Below are positions 28,430 to 37,882 of a stretch of DNA of 58,425 nt, in pieces (within the stretch, counting starts at the first letter, position 1; the number at the start of each line of letters is the position of its first letter). The stretch comes from Deltaproteobacteria bacterium TL4 (lineage in GTDB: Bacteria; SAR324; NAC60-12): positions 1 through 58,425 of the forward strand of contig JBBCAX010000038.1 in NCBI GenBank assembly GCA_051382335.1, given 5' to 3'. Both the position numbers and the translations under genes were made by a program. The notes under the pieces are model-generated. The model worked only from the letters and a program-made list of their open reading frames with translations, did not search any database and was not told the origin of the DNA.

Positions 28430-30535
28430 ATGTCGAATATGGAAACGTTTCGGTACGATGATGCGATTGTTCGCAAGTTTGTCTTAGCGACTATTACATG
28501 GGGTGTCGTGGGAATGCTGGTAGGTGTCTTCATTGCGTCGGAGCTCGCTTTTTGGGAGGTCAATCTGACGTCATGGTTATCCTTTGGACGTCTACGCCCT
28601 CTTCACACCAACGCGGTTATTTTCGCCTTTGTAGGCAATGGGATGTTTGCGGGGATCTATCACTCAACCCAGCGCTTATGCAAAGCCCGGATGTTTAATG
28701 ACGCGTTAAGCAAGATCCACTTTTGGGGGTGGCAACTGATCATTGTTTCTGCGGCGTTCACGTTGCCTTTCGGTGTTACCACCGGTAAGGAGTATGCGGA
28801 ACTTGAATGGCCGATTGACCTTGCTATTGCCGGAGTTTGGCTGACTTTTGCGGTCAATTTTTTCGGGACCTTATACAAACGCAGAGAACGTCATCTTTAT
28901 GTTGCCTTATGGTTTTATATTGCGACCGTTGTGACGATTACCTTACTCCATGTGGTGAACTCTCTGGCGTTGCCTGTCAGTTTTTTGAAAAGTTACCCCA
29001 TCTACGCGGGAGTTCAAGATGCCTTGGTTCAATGGTGGTATGGACATAACGCTGTCGCGTTTTTCTTAACCACTCCTATTTTGGGTCTCATGTATTATTA
29101 CATGCCCAAAGCCGCAAATCGTCCTGTCTATTCCTATCGCCTTTCTGTTATTCATTTCTGGGCCCTGGTTTTTCTATATATTTGGGCAGGACCTCATCAT
29201 TTATTATACACGGCGCTACCGGATTGGGCTCAAAGTTTAGGCGTGGTTTTCAGTCTGATGCTGATTGGACCTTCATGGGGAGGAATGATCAATGGTTTGC
29301 TGACTCTCCGTGGCGCATGGGACAAACTCAAGACGGACCCGATACTCAAGTTTATGGTGGTCGCGATTACCTTTTATGGCATGTCCACACTGGAAGGTCC
29401 AATTATGGCGATAAAATCTGTGAATACGCTTTCGCATTACACCGACTGGACGATCGGCCACGCACACAGTGGTGCCTTGGGGTGGAATGGGTTCATGAAC
29501 TTTGCGCTGATTTACTTTTTGGTTCCCCGCTTGTGGGGCAGAAAACTGTATAGTGTTCGTTTGGCTAACTGGCATTTCTGGGTTGCGACCATTGGCATTG
29601 TTCTTTACATCCTCGCAATGTGGGTTGCGGGGATTACACAAGGTTTGATGTGGCGTGCTTTTGATTCAGAAGGTTATTTGACTTACGGAAATTTTATTGA
29701 AACGGTGACTCGCATTATTCCGATGTATTATGTTCGGCTTACCGGAGGGTCGCTGTATCTTACAGGCATTCTGATCCTGGTTTATAATGTGGCTAAAACC
29801 ATTGTGGGTGTTACCGTACCTGAAGATGAGGAAGTTCAGGCTCCGGCCTTGGTTCCTAAAGAAAAACATTACGGAAGCTTCCAGGAAATGTTGGAATTTA
29901 ATCCTTTCAAGCTGGCAATCGCAACCTTTGTGGCCATTCTGATTGGGGGACTGATCGAAATGGTCCCCACTTTTGTAATCAAAAGCAATGTTCCCACTAT
30001 TGCTTCAGTCAAACCCTACACCCCTTTGGAATTAGAAGGCCGTGATATTTATATACGTGAAGGCTGCTATACTTGCCACTCTCAGATGGTTCGTCCGTTC
30101 AGGGCTGAAACAGAACGCTACGGGGAGTATTCCAAAGCGGGCGAGTTTGTGTATGATCACCCATTTCAATGGGGGTCTCGTCGCATTGGGCCCGATCTGC
30201 ATCGTGTAGGCAGGAAGTATCCTGATCTATGGCACTATCGTCACATGGAAGATGCCCGTACTACATCGCCAGGCTCAATTATGCCCAGATATAGTTGGTT
30301 GCTGACGGATAAATTGAATACCTCCACCACGCAAGCGAAGGTCAAGGCCATGAAAGTGTTCGGCGTTCCTTACAGCACAACTGAGGTGGAAAATGCGTTG
30401 ACGGAATTAAAACGACAGGCTCAGACCATTGCCCAAGGTTTGGCGAATCAGGGAATTAAGGACGCTGAAGATAAAGAAATTATCGCGGTGATTGCTTACC
30501 TTCAACGACTGGGAACCGATATTAAAAACCCATAA
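28430..30535 (+). CDS. ccoN: cbb3-type cytochrome c oxidase, fused subunits I/II (CcoNO)
   Basis: [37 protein letters not shown], followed in frame by CcoO ([26 protein letters not shown]). Confidence 0.96.
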   Translation: MSNMETFRYDDAIVRKFVLATITWGVVGMLVGVFIASELAFWEVNLTSWLSFGRLRPLHTNAVIFAFVGNGMFAGIYHSTQRLCKARMFNDALSKIHFWGWQLIIVSAAFTLPFGVTTGKEYAELEWPIDLAIAGVWLTFAVNFFGTLYKRRERHLYVALWFYIATVVTITLLHVVNSLALPVSFLKSYPIYAGVQDALVQWWYGHNAVAFFLTTPILGLMYYYMPKAANRPVYSYRLSVIHFWALVFLYIWAGPHHLLYTALPDWAQSLGVVFSLMLIGPSWGGMINGLLTLRGAWDKLKTDPILKFMVVAITFYGMSTLEGPIMAIKSVNTLSHYTDWTIGHAHSGALGWNGFMNFALIYFLVPRLWGRKLYSVRLANWHFWVATIGIVLYILAMWVAGITQGLMWRAFDSEGYLTYGNFIETVTRIIPMYYVRLTGGSLYLTGILILVYNVAKTIVGVTVPEDEEVQAPALVPKEKHYGSFQEMLEFNPFKLAIATFVAILIGGLIEMVPTFVIKSNVPTIASVKPYTPLELEGRDIYIREGCYTCHSQMVRPFRAETERYGEYSKAGEFVYDHPFQWGSRRIGPDLHRVGRKYPDLWHYRHMEDARTTSPGSIMPRYSWLLTDKLNTSTTQAKVKAMKVFGVPYSTTEVENALTELKRQAQTIAQGLANQGIKDAEDKEIIAVIAYLQRLGTDIKNP

Positions 30536-30549
30536 TTAACAGAGGGACC

Positions 30550-30747
30550 ATGATCAAAGATGTGATGAGCACTTTAAACTTAACCCCAATGGCATTAACT
30601 TCACTTTTGATTTTTTTCATTACATTCTGCTTAGTCCTTGTTTGGATTTTCAGGAAAGGCGCTGCTCAGAAATATGAGCGTATTGCACAGCTACCTTTGG
30701 ACTCAGAGGATACGTCTCATTCCTCTAAAGCGGTTTTTCCGCGTTAA
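30550..30747 (+). CDS. ccoQ: cbb3-type oxidase subunit CcoQ
   Basis: One TM helix plus YERIAQLPLD, in the expected operon position. Confidence 0.85.
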   Translation: MIKDVMSTLNLTPMALTSLLIFFITFCLVLVWIFRKGAAQKYERIAQLPLDSEDTSHSSKAVFPR

Positions 30748-30815
30748 CCTTGGATTTGGATCATGAGCAAAAAACTCATTTTTTTTGAATAACCTGAACA
30801 TGATAAAGGTTCCTT

Positions 30816-31367
30816 ATGCCAGAAATTAAAGATCAACTATTGGATCACGATTTTGATGGAATTCAGGAGTACAACAACCCCCTGCCAAGATGGTGGTTGT
30901 GGTTATTTTATATCACCATTCTGATTGCGGTGGTTTATTTTCCCTACTATCACCTGTTTGGCGGACCTTCCTCGCAAGAAGAGTATGAGGCCGAGGTTCA
31001 AGTCGTCAAGGCGGTACATCAGGAATCTTCAGCGGTTATCGCGGAGACGATTCCCGAAGTCGTACCCACAACCCCGGAAGATATCGAAGCGGGAAAACAA
31101 ATCTTCGCTACCACGTGTACTCCTTGTCATGGGCAAGCGGGAGAAGGAATTATAGGTCCCAATTTAACAGACCGTTATTGGCTTCACGGTAATAAAACTG
31201 AAGATTTGATCAAAGTGATTACGGAGGGAGTTCAAGAAAAAGGCATGATAGCGTGGAAATCTATTTTAGGTCCGCAAAAAATAAGGCAGGTTGAGGCTTT
31301 TGTCGAAACCTTGCAGGGAACGAATCCTCCTAACCCTAAAGCGCCTCAAGGTCAGGAATACCCGTAA
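30816..31367 (+). CDS. ccoP: cbb3-type oxidase subunit III (mono-heme CcoP)
   Basis: DHDFDGIQEYNNPLPRWW, a single CTPCHG, GPNLTDRYWLHG. Confidence 0.9.
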   Translation: MPEIKDQLLDHDFDGIQEYNNPLPRWWLWLFYITILIAVVYFPYYHLFGGPSSQEEYEAEVQVVKAVHQESSAVIAETIPEVVPTTPEDIEAGKQIFATTCTPCHGQAGEGIIGPNLTDRYWLHGNKTEDLIKVITEGVQEKGMIAWKSILGPQKIRQVEAFVETLQGTNPPNPKAPQGQEYP

Positions 31368-31393
31368 GGTCATCACAAATATTTGGATTTTAA

Positions 31394-32779
31394 ATGAGTA
31401 ATCTGGAAGAAGAAAACATCACGACCCCCGAGATCCGTCCTTCAAGCATTGACGCGAAAGGATATCGTAACTGGATTTACCCCCAGGAGCTTAAGGGCTG
31501 GTTTTATCAGCATCGTCAATGGGTCGGTTATGGATTGATCCTGTTTTACCTCGTAATGCCCTGGATTCACTTTCACGGCATGCCTGCAATCCAATTGAAT
31601 GTTGAGGATCGACAATTCATTCTTTTTGGGCAGATCTACTGGCCTCAGGATGTCAAATATTTGATGTTTGTTTTGGCCATAGCAAGCATTGCTTTGTTTT
31701 TCTTCACGGCACTTGCGGGACGACTGTGGTGTGGTTGGGCTTGTCCTCAAACTATTTTTATGGAGTTTGTCTTTCGACCGATAGAAAAACTACTGGAAGG
31801 TCCGCGCAATCAACGAATTGCCTTGGATCGAGCGCCCTGGACCTGGAATAAGATATGGCGAAAAGGGGTGAAGCACCTGATCTTTCTTTTCATCTCAGCC
31901 ATTATTGCCAATACTTTTTTAGCCTATTTTGTCGGGATGGATGAGGTCTTGGCGTGGATGCGCCATTCTCCAAAGGAGAATGAGGGCGAATTTATATTCA
32001 TGTTTGTCAACCTTGCGATTTTCTATTTTGATTTTTCCTGGTTCCGTGAACAATTTTGTATCATTGCCTGTCCTTACGCACGTTTTCAATCCGCTTTGGT
32101 TGATGAGCAAACGTTTCAGGTAACCTATGATCCGAAAAGAGGTGAACCCCGAGGGCATTTGGGGAAAGTAAAGGGAGATTGCATCGATTGCGGGGCCTGT
32201 GTCAGAGTCTGTCCAACAGGAATTGATATTCGCAATGGAACCCAAATGGAGTGTATCGGTTGTGCTCGATGTATTGATGCCTGTGATCAAATGATGGAGA
32301 AGGTAAAACGTCCGAAAGGACTGGTCCGGTATGATTCTTTGGCAAGAATGAGCGCTGAATCTTCAAGTTTGGTGCGCCCCAGGACCATCATTTATGCGGT
32401 ATTATTACTCTCTTTGATCCTTAGTTTTTTCTGGGTCTTGGCTCATCGGTCTTTAGTGGAATTTACGGTGATTCGTCCGCCCGGAGATCCTTATACCATT
32501 TTACCCGATGGGAAAGTCAGTAATCATTTCGTTTTACGATTGATCAATAAAGATTTAACGGACCATACGGTTGATGTCCATCTTGATGATGACACTGAGG
32601 GAGAACTGATTGTCCCCTTTCGGCCTTTTCACATCAAAGCGAATTCTGATGCGCATTTGGATCTTTTTGTGAATATTCCCCAAGGAAAACTCCTGCGAGG
32701 GAAGTATCCTGCGCATTTGATTATTAATGATTCTTTTCAAGTGAAAGAAACGATTGTTCAGGTTATCGGCCCTCAATGA
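31394..32779 (+). CDS. ccoG: cytochrome c oxidase accessory protein CcoG
   Basis: GRLWCGWACPQT, REQFCIIACPY, and two ferredoxin motifs CIDCGACVRVCP and CIGCARCIDAC. Confidence 0.95.
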   Translation: MSNLEEENITTPEIRPSSIDAKGYRNWIYPQELKGWFYQHRQWVGYGLILFYLVMPWIHFHGMPAIQLNVEDRQFILFGQIYWPQDVKYLMFVLAIASIALFFFTALAGRLWCGWACPQTIFMEFVFRPIEKLLEGPRNQRIALDRAPWTWNKIWRKGVKHLIFLFISAIIANTFLAYFVGMDEVLAWMRHSPKENEGEFIFMFVNLAIFYFDFSWFREQFCIIACPYARFQSALVDEQTFQVTYDPKRGEPRGHLGKVKGDCIDCGACVRVCPTGIDIRNGTQMECIGCARCIDACDQMMEKVKRPKGLVRYDSLARMSAESSSLVRPRTIIYAVLLLSLILSFFWVLAHRSLVEFTVIRPPGDPYTILPDGKVSNHFVLRLINKDLTDHTVDVHLDDDTEGELIVPFRPFHIKANSDAHLDLFVNIPQGKLLRGKYPAHLIINDSFQVKETIVQVIGPQ

Positions 32780-32788
32780 TGAAAGCAT

Positions 32789-33286
32789 ATGAAAACGCCT
32801 GAAAAAAAAACGAAGTGGTTTCATCCCTGGCCTTTTGCAATTACGGTGGGTCTTCTGATAGTTTTATTGGTTCAGGGGACCCTTGTTTGGCTGGCGAATG
32901 AGTCTCCCTATCAGTTGGTTTCGGAGCAGTATTATCAAAAAGCTTTGGACTACAGTCAAACAATGGAGGCACAAACCTTAACAAGTCAGAGTCAATGGCG
33001 ACAGGAAGTCCAGTATCGTCAAACCCCTGAAACAACGCATATTTCCAGTACTCTTTTAGATGACAAAGGACTTCCTGTTCCACAGTTACAAGGAACCTTG
33101 CACTTGTACCGACCGTCCAACGCGAAATGGGATCAGGACTGGGATTTGAAGGAAGGCTCAGCAGGACAATATGTTGTCGAAATTCCTCGTTTAAATGAAG
33201 GCTTGTGGGAATTAACTTTTTCCTATGTCTCCTCGGCAAAGCAGGTGTTATTTTATAAAAAGATTCGTTTAGATATCAGAGGATAG
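32789..33286 (+). CDS. ccoH: FixH/CcoH-family protein
   Basis: N-terminal TM, LV.EQYYQKALDY, LYRPSNA..D, GLW. Confidence 0.82.
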   Translation: MKTPEKKTKWFHPWPFAITVGLLIVLLVQGTLVWLANESPYQLVSEQYYQKALDYSQTMEAQTLTSQSQWRQEVQYRQTPETTHISSTLLDDKGLPVPQLQGTLHLYRPSNAKWDQDWDLKEGSAGQYVVEIPRLNEGLWELTFSYVSSAKQVLFYKKIRLDIRG

Positions 33287-33290
33287 ATCC

Positions 33291-33983
33291 ATGCTTAGCG
33301 AATTTCCTGCCATCGATCTCGTTTCTACGCTGTTACTCGGTCTTACAGGAAGTCTTCACTGTGCCGGAATGTGCGGCGGACTTGCCTGTACCTACACGCT
33401 ACCGATTTCTCAAAATAATCCTCAAGACTTATGGAAGTATCATTTCACCTATATTTCAGGCAGGGTCCTCATTTATAGTTGGCTGGGAGCCATTATGGGA
33501 GCCTTGGGAATGGTTTTTACTTCCGCCATGAGGTGGCCCTCCTGGGTTTCGCCCACGGCGATAGGTGTTGCCGGGGGGGTGATGATTCTTGGTGGACTTG
33601 CGACGGTTTTTGGACAGGCAGGGCCTGAGCGTTTGAACCTTCTGTTTTCCCAGGGAACCCGGCAATTGATCCATTTTGTTTTTCCTCCGACCCTTCGTTT
33701 TGGGGCCTGGCGAGCCTTTCCGCTGGGATTGTTATCGGGATTATTACCCTGTGGATTGATGTGGGCTGTTGAGTTAAAAGCCTTCGCGACACAGTCCCTA
33801 TTTTGGGGAATGATCCATATGACTTTGTTTTGTATTGTGACCACACCCGGTGTGCTGTTAACCGGAATTATTATGTCAAAAGTGACGCCTCATTTTCGTT
33901 TCAGATCCGTTCAATTTGCAGGCATCATCGTCATATTAATGGGCGTTCATCTCCTTTGGCGCCACGGAATGAAGCATTTTTGA
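33291..33983 (+). CDS. DsbD_2 / TauE-SafE-like membrane protein of cco operons
   Basis: GSLHCAGMCGG and GLLPCGL motifs. Confidence 0.85.
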   Translation: MLSEFPAIDLVSTLLLGLTGSLHCAGMCGGLACTYTLPISQNNPQDLWKYHFTYISGRVLIYSWLGAIMGALGMVFTSAMRWPSWVSPTAIGVAGGVMILGGLATVFGQAGPERLNLLFSQGTRQLIHFVFPPTLRFGAWRAFPLGLLSGLLPCGLMWAVELKAFATQSLFWGMIHMTLFCIVTTPGVLLTGIIMSKVTPHFRFRSVQFAGIIVILMGVHLLWRHGMKHF

Positions 33984-33991
33984 GTCTCTTA

Positions 33992-34726
33992 ATGAAACAA
34001 CCCGTTGTTGATTCAACACATCCTGGATTATACGATCCCTCTTTTGCACAAGAACGTTTGGTCAAATCCGAGTTGATTTTCCGCTATAAAACCCGTTCTT
34101 TGGCCGTCATCAATCTCATCAAACGCTATAATCAACCGGGGAATGTTCCACACGTCCTGGATTTAGGCTGTTCTGATGGAAAAACCCTCTATGAATTTTA
34201 CCTGAATTTGAAAGAAGCTCAGTATTGGGGGATTGAATTTGTTGAAGAACTGATACTGGCCTCACCGCCTCTTCCCGAAAACATCAAAATCATCAGGGGC
34301 GATGTCAACCATTTACCCATCCAAAGCCAATCCATGGATTTTGTGGTCGCTTTAGGTTCTTTGGGATATTTTAATGATCCCCTCGCGGCACTCAAGGAAG
34401 CGTATCGGGTGCTTCGTGTTGGAGGAACTTTAATTTTGACGTGGAATCAACCTTTATGGGACACGATAGCACAAAAAGTGGGCTTGTTTGAAGCGCCTGC
34501 TCATCTGAACATGTCAAAGTCGAAGTTATTCGAATTGGTGACTCAGGGGGGGTTTGTGACTCAGGATTATTTTAATTTTATGTGGGCACCTGTCAGCTTT
34601 TTGCCTTATTTGAAGGTTCGGATTTCTCCCCGATTTGCTTTGTTCCTTGACAAGCTGGTCTATCGGTTAAAAGTGTTCAATTTTTTATTCGTGAATCAAT
34701 GTGTGGTTGCAACGAAACGTCGGTAA
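33992..34726 (+). CDS. class I SAM-dependent methyltransferase
   Basis: VLDLGCSDG, GDVNHLP, EAYRVLRVGG. Likely start is ATG 33992 because the track start lies inside the upstream gene. Confidence 0.85.
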   Translation: MKQPVVDSTHPGLYDPSFAQERLVKSELIFRYKTRSLAVINLIKRYNQPGNVPHVLDLGCSDGKTLYEFYLNLKEAQYWGIEFVEELILASPPLPENIKIIRGDVNHLPIQSQSMDFVVALGSLGYFNDPLAALKEAYRVLRVGGTLILTWNQPLWDTIAQKVGLFEAPAHLNMSKSKLFELVTQGGFVTQDYFNFMWAPVSFLPYLKVRISPRFALFLDKLVYRLKVFNFLFVNQCVVATKRR

Positions 34727-34750
34727 GTGGGAAAATACGGAAAATCGAAG

Positions 34751-35134
34751 CTACCAAAGTACTTCTACATCATAGGAATGAAAGTGCTGATCCACAGTTA
34801 CAACAGGAAGAGAAGTTACGATACTTTGAGCGATAATCATGCGATCAAATGGATCACGATGATGAAAGGGGAGTTGGGCAAGCTGGATCACATGCGATTT
34901 TTCAATGGACAGGAGTTGGATTTTATTGTGTGAGAGTTGTTCTTCAATAAAGGCTTCAAAAGGATCGCCCAGTTTAAGTTTGCCAAGACTGACTTTAATT
35001 CCCATCTCCCAAAGGCTGGCCATACTTAAGCATAATTCATTATCCGACTCCATCACATTTTTGGCCGAAATAGAAAGACGGGAATCATCATTCACAAACC
35101 ATAAAAAAGCATGGGTATCCAACAAGACTTTCAT
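34751..35134 (-). CDS. vapC: PIN-domain toxin (VapC family)
   Basis: LLDTHAFLW, SMASLWEMGIK, HHRDPFDRMIIAQ, VTVD. Confidence 0.92.
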   Translation of the reverse strand: MKVLLDTHAFLWFVNDDSRLSISAKNVMESDNELCLSMASLWEMGIKVSLGKLKLGDPFEAFIEEQLSHNKIQLLSIEKSHVIQLAQLPFHHRDPFDRMIIAQSIVTSLPVVTVDQHFHSYDVEVLW

Positions 35135-35388
35135 TGCATATACTCCTGAAAATCATCCAAAGGTTCATCAAAATCATCCGATATTTTAATTTTGCCTTTG
35201 GCTGATCCCGCTTTCCTGACGATTTTACCCTTATTCCCAGAAGTTACGCCTACTTTGATGGCATTGAACATTCCACTATCTTCAATGGTTTCCAGTAATG
35301 CCTCATATTTTTTAATAGGAATAATAACGGCAGTTCGTTCCCCATGCTCATTTGTAATAAATTGGGGATGTAGTTCGGAAACATTCAT
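35131..35388 (-). CDS. antitoxin (DUF2281/VapB-like, apparently chimeric)
   Basis: 4-bp overlap with vapC, AGGAGG RBS before ATG 35388, C-terminal RKAGSAKGKIKISDDFDEPLDDF. Confidence 0.8.
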   Translation of the reverse strand: MNVSELHPQFITNEHGERTAVIIPIKKYEALLETIEDSGMFNAIKVGVTSGNKGKIVRKAGSAKGKIKISDDFDEPLDDFQEYMQ

Positions 35389-35512
35389 GAAACCTCCTGA
35401 TTTAGACATTCTCATTATTTTTATTTATAGGTTTATCCTCATTTCAGTCAAAATAATAAAGCTGATTCTCAAATTCCAATAGATTTCGAATCAAAAACCT
35501 GATTTAACTATT

Positions 35513-36201
35513 CCTGGTTGTCACCGATATTATCCCTGGAAGGCAATACGAGCATAAGATGTGAATTTCACATTGTGGAAGGATGTCATGACTTTTTGTG
35601 ATCAGAACTATCAAATCAAGTTACTCCGTTTCTATGGAGTGGAGCCTCAATCACTCGAAAGTCTCTTGTTTCAAGATGTTTTGCCTGTATCCCTGCATTC
35701 GCCTTTAGAACGTTTGGGACGCAAGACTCTCGCCCCTTTATTCGCGGCATTACCGGAACCTTTATTTCTGTGGATTACCCGGAATCTCAAAACCTTGTTA
35801 AATCGTCAGAGTTCAAAGACTGAGAAGTTTGAACTTCATCCCCTGGAAGTCTTTCTGCAAAGTCATCGCCTATCCCAAAAAGGGATGTGGCATTCTTCGC
35901 CTCGGCCATTGATTTTAAGTCATGATGTGGATCTGCTGTCAGGATATCAAAAGATTGACAAAATCAGTCAAATAGAAAATAAACTCAAGCTCCCTTCAAC
36001 CTGGCATTTTCTAACCCAAGCACGATATCTCTTAGAGCCTGAATTATTGCAAACATTGGTGAGTGCAGGGCATGAAATTGGTCTGCATGGGGTGTGGCAT
36101 GATTTGTATTTAGGGTATCGTTCTGCCCCTTATCAAAGAGCTTTTCTAAAAAAGGGTCTCGAACCCCTGTCAGCGTATCATCCGGTTAGCTTTCGTGCTC
36201 C
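35513..36201 (+). repeat. long direct repeat, copy 1 (5' part of the polysaccharide deacetylase gene)
   Basis: Aligns with 41621-42307. About 34 mismatches over the 641-nt coding part by manual alignment. Confidence 0.95.
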
Positions 36202-37297
36202 GTTGGATGCCCAAAGCAATGATCTGGGGATCAGTATTCTGGACGCGATTCCTGATATCCCGATGGAAATCAGTGTTCCTGTCGATGTTCAGGACATGCC
36301 GGTGATTATGGAAACGCCAGACGCTACTGAAGTGATTGCGGTTCCTTCCACCCCCGTAGACACGCCTATAGAAACTCCGGTTCCCTCTGTGGAAGCTACG
36401 ACACCCGCAGAAGTTCCAACACAGCAGACAGAAGCTTCGACTCCCACAGAACCTGTGTCGGGTGCGCCCACGTCTGCGACCTCAGAACCTGCGGCTCCAT
36501 CCGCAATCAGCACTTCTCCAACCCCTACAGGTTCGGAAAGCGCAGCCCCCAAAACCGCTGAGGACAGCTCTCCCAGCCGTGAACGGGTGGTGGCCACAAA
36601 AACCGATGCCACAACTACCGATGGCAAAGCCCCCCCTAAAGCCAAAGCCGCTGCCTCAGGTTCAGAATCCAATACGTCTCTCAAAACCGAAGCGGACGCC
36701 CCTTCCAGCAAAGCTTCTGGAACAGAAAGTGTTGACACCCAAAACTCCGACACCGAAAGTGAGGATAGCAAAACCGCTGACAGTCAAAGCTCTGACAACA
36801 GGGAAACTGTAAAATCAGACTCGAACTCCGAAGCCAAAGAGGAGGATAAAAAGTCGGAATCTAACGAAGGTGAAAAGAAATCCGAAGCCAGGGAAGGAGA
36901 CAAAAAGAAAGAAGAGGAAAAGAAAACGGAAGCCAAACCTCGAAGAACTATGGGATCGGTCGGAATTCAGGGCAGTATTTCCAAGGAAGTTCAAGTCTAT
37001 GCTGTCCCGTTTTCTTTCAATCTCACAGAGAAACTCAGCCTCGGCGCTACGGCTCCCTACATCAAGGTCAAAAAGGTATCGGGTTGGGCAAACCCCACTG
37101 TAATGCTCAGGTTTCTGGGGAAACCCTCCTCAAGGGTCCTGATTCAAAGTGCCTTTGGAGCCAAACTTCCCAAAGGCGAGGAAAAGGTGGGTTCCCGGAA
37201 AGTGGTGGATTACACCTGGAGTCAGGGTTTTGTCGTCAATGCTGACCATTCTCGTCTGATTTTCGCCTATGTGCTAGGCTATAACGCTCCAGCATAG
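35561..37297 (+). pseudogene. chimeric ORF: truncated deacetylase fused to a P/T/S/E-rich linker and the first half of an outer-membrane barrel, ended by a MITE
   Basis: The first ~214 aa match 41667..42707 up to SFRAP. The stop codon is supplied by the MITE left end. Confidence 0.75.
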
Positions 37298-37473
37298 GTG
37301 TTCTGGATTTTTTATATTTTTAATCATGTACTTAGAGAGACGCCTCATAATTGTCTCTAAAACCGGTAATTCACGGATATTTTTTATCCTTGTTTAACGG
37401 GCATTTACGGACACCCCAGAAATCTGGATTTTAACCAACTGATTATAAATAATAAAAATCCCGAACACCTATG
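37293..37473. mobile_element. 181-bp MITE, IS4-family-like, with 10-bp target site duplication
   Basis: TIRs CATAGGTGTTCTGGATTTTT and AAAAATCCCGAACACCTATG (19/20). Direct repeat AACGCTCCAG at 37283-37292 and 37474-37483. Confidence 0.92.
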
Positions 37474-37797
37474 AACGCTCCAGACGAAAGCGATGAAACG
37501 CAGCTTTTGGATAAAGGCGACCTGGGCGCGTTGTCGTTGGGCTTTGACATGCCCACGTTTATTTTTGACAATCTGAACCTGTACGTCATGGCGATAGGGG
37601 TTCAGATGCAGGAAGACACGCTCAACGAAAAACCTCTGAAAAACCAGAAAACCATTGCGGATACATCGATGGGATTGACTTGGACACGTTTGAATCTGCG
37701 TTTGGGAGTGACCATTCCCTCCTACACAAACTATGAAGGTGTGAAAGAGGTCAAACGGGATCCACGGTTCGATTTCGGAGTGAGGTTGAATTTGTAA
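37471..37797 (+). pseudogene. 3' half of the MITE-interrupted outer-membrane beta-barrel gene
   Basis: Removing the MITE and one TSD gives in-frame ...LGYNAPDESDE.... The ORF ends in a barrel-type last strand (FDFGVRLNL). Confidence 0.75.
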
Positions 37798-37882
37798 CCT
37801 TCCCGGCGCTAAATTGCTGGGCAATTTTTGGTCGTTCCAATGAAACTTAAAACCAATTTTAAATTTATCTAAAGGAGATTAT

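Noticed and set aside
36289..36771. 160-aa antisense ORF, and similar shadow ORFs (26452-26799, 20596-21036, 45462-45950, 37405-37824)
   Set aside because: They lie opposite well-supported genes or low-complexity coding DNA and have no motifs or RBS.
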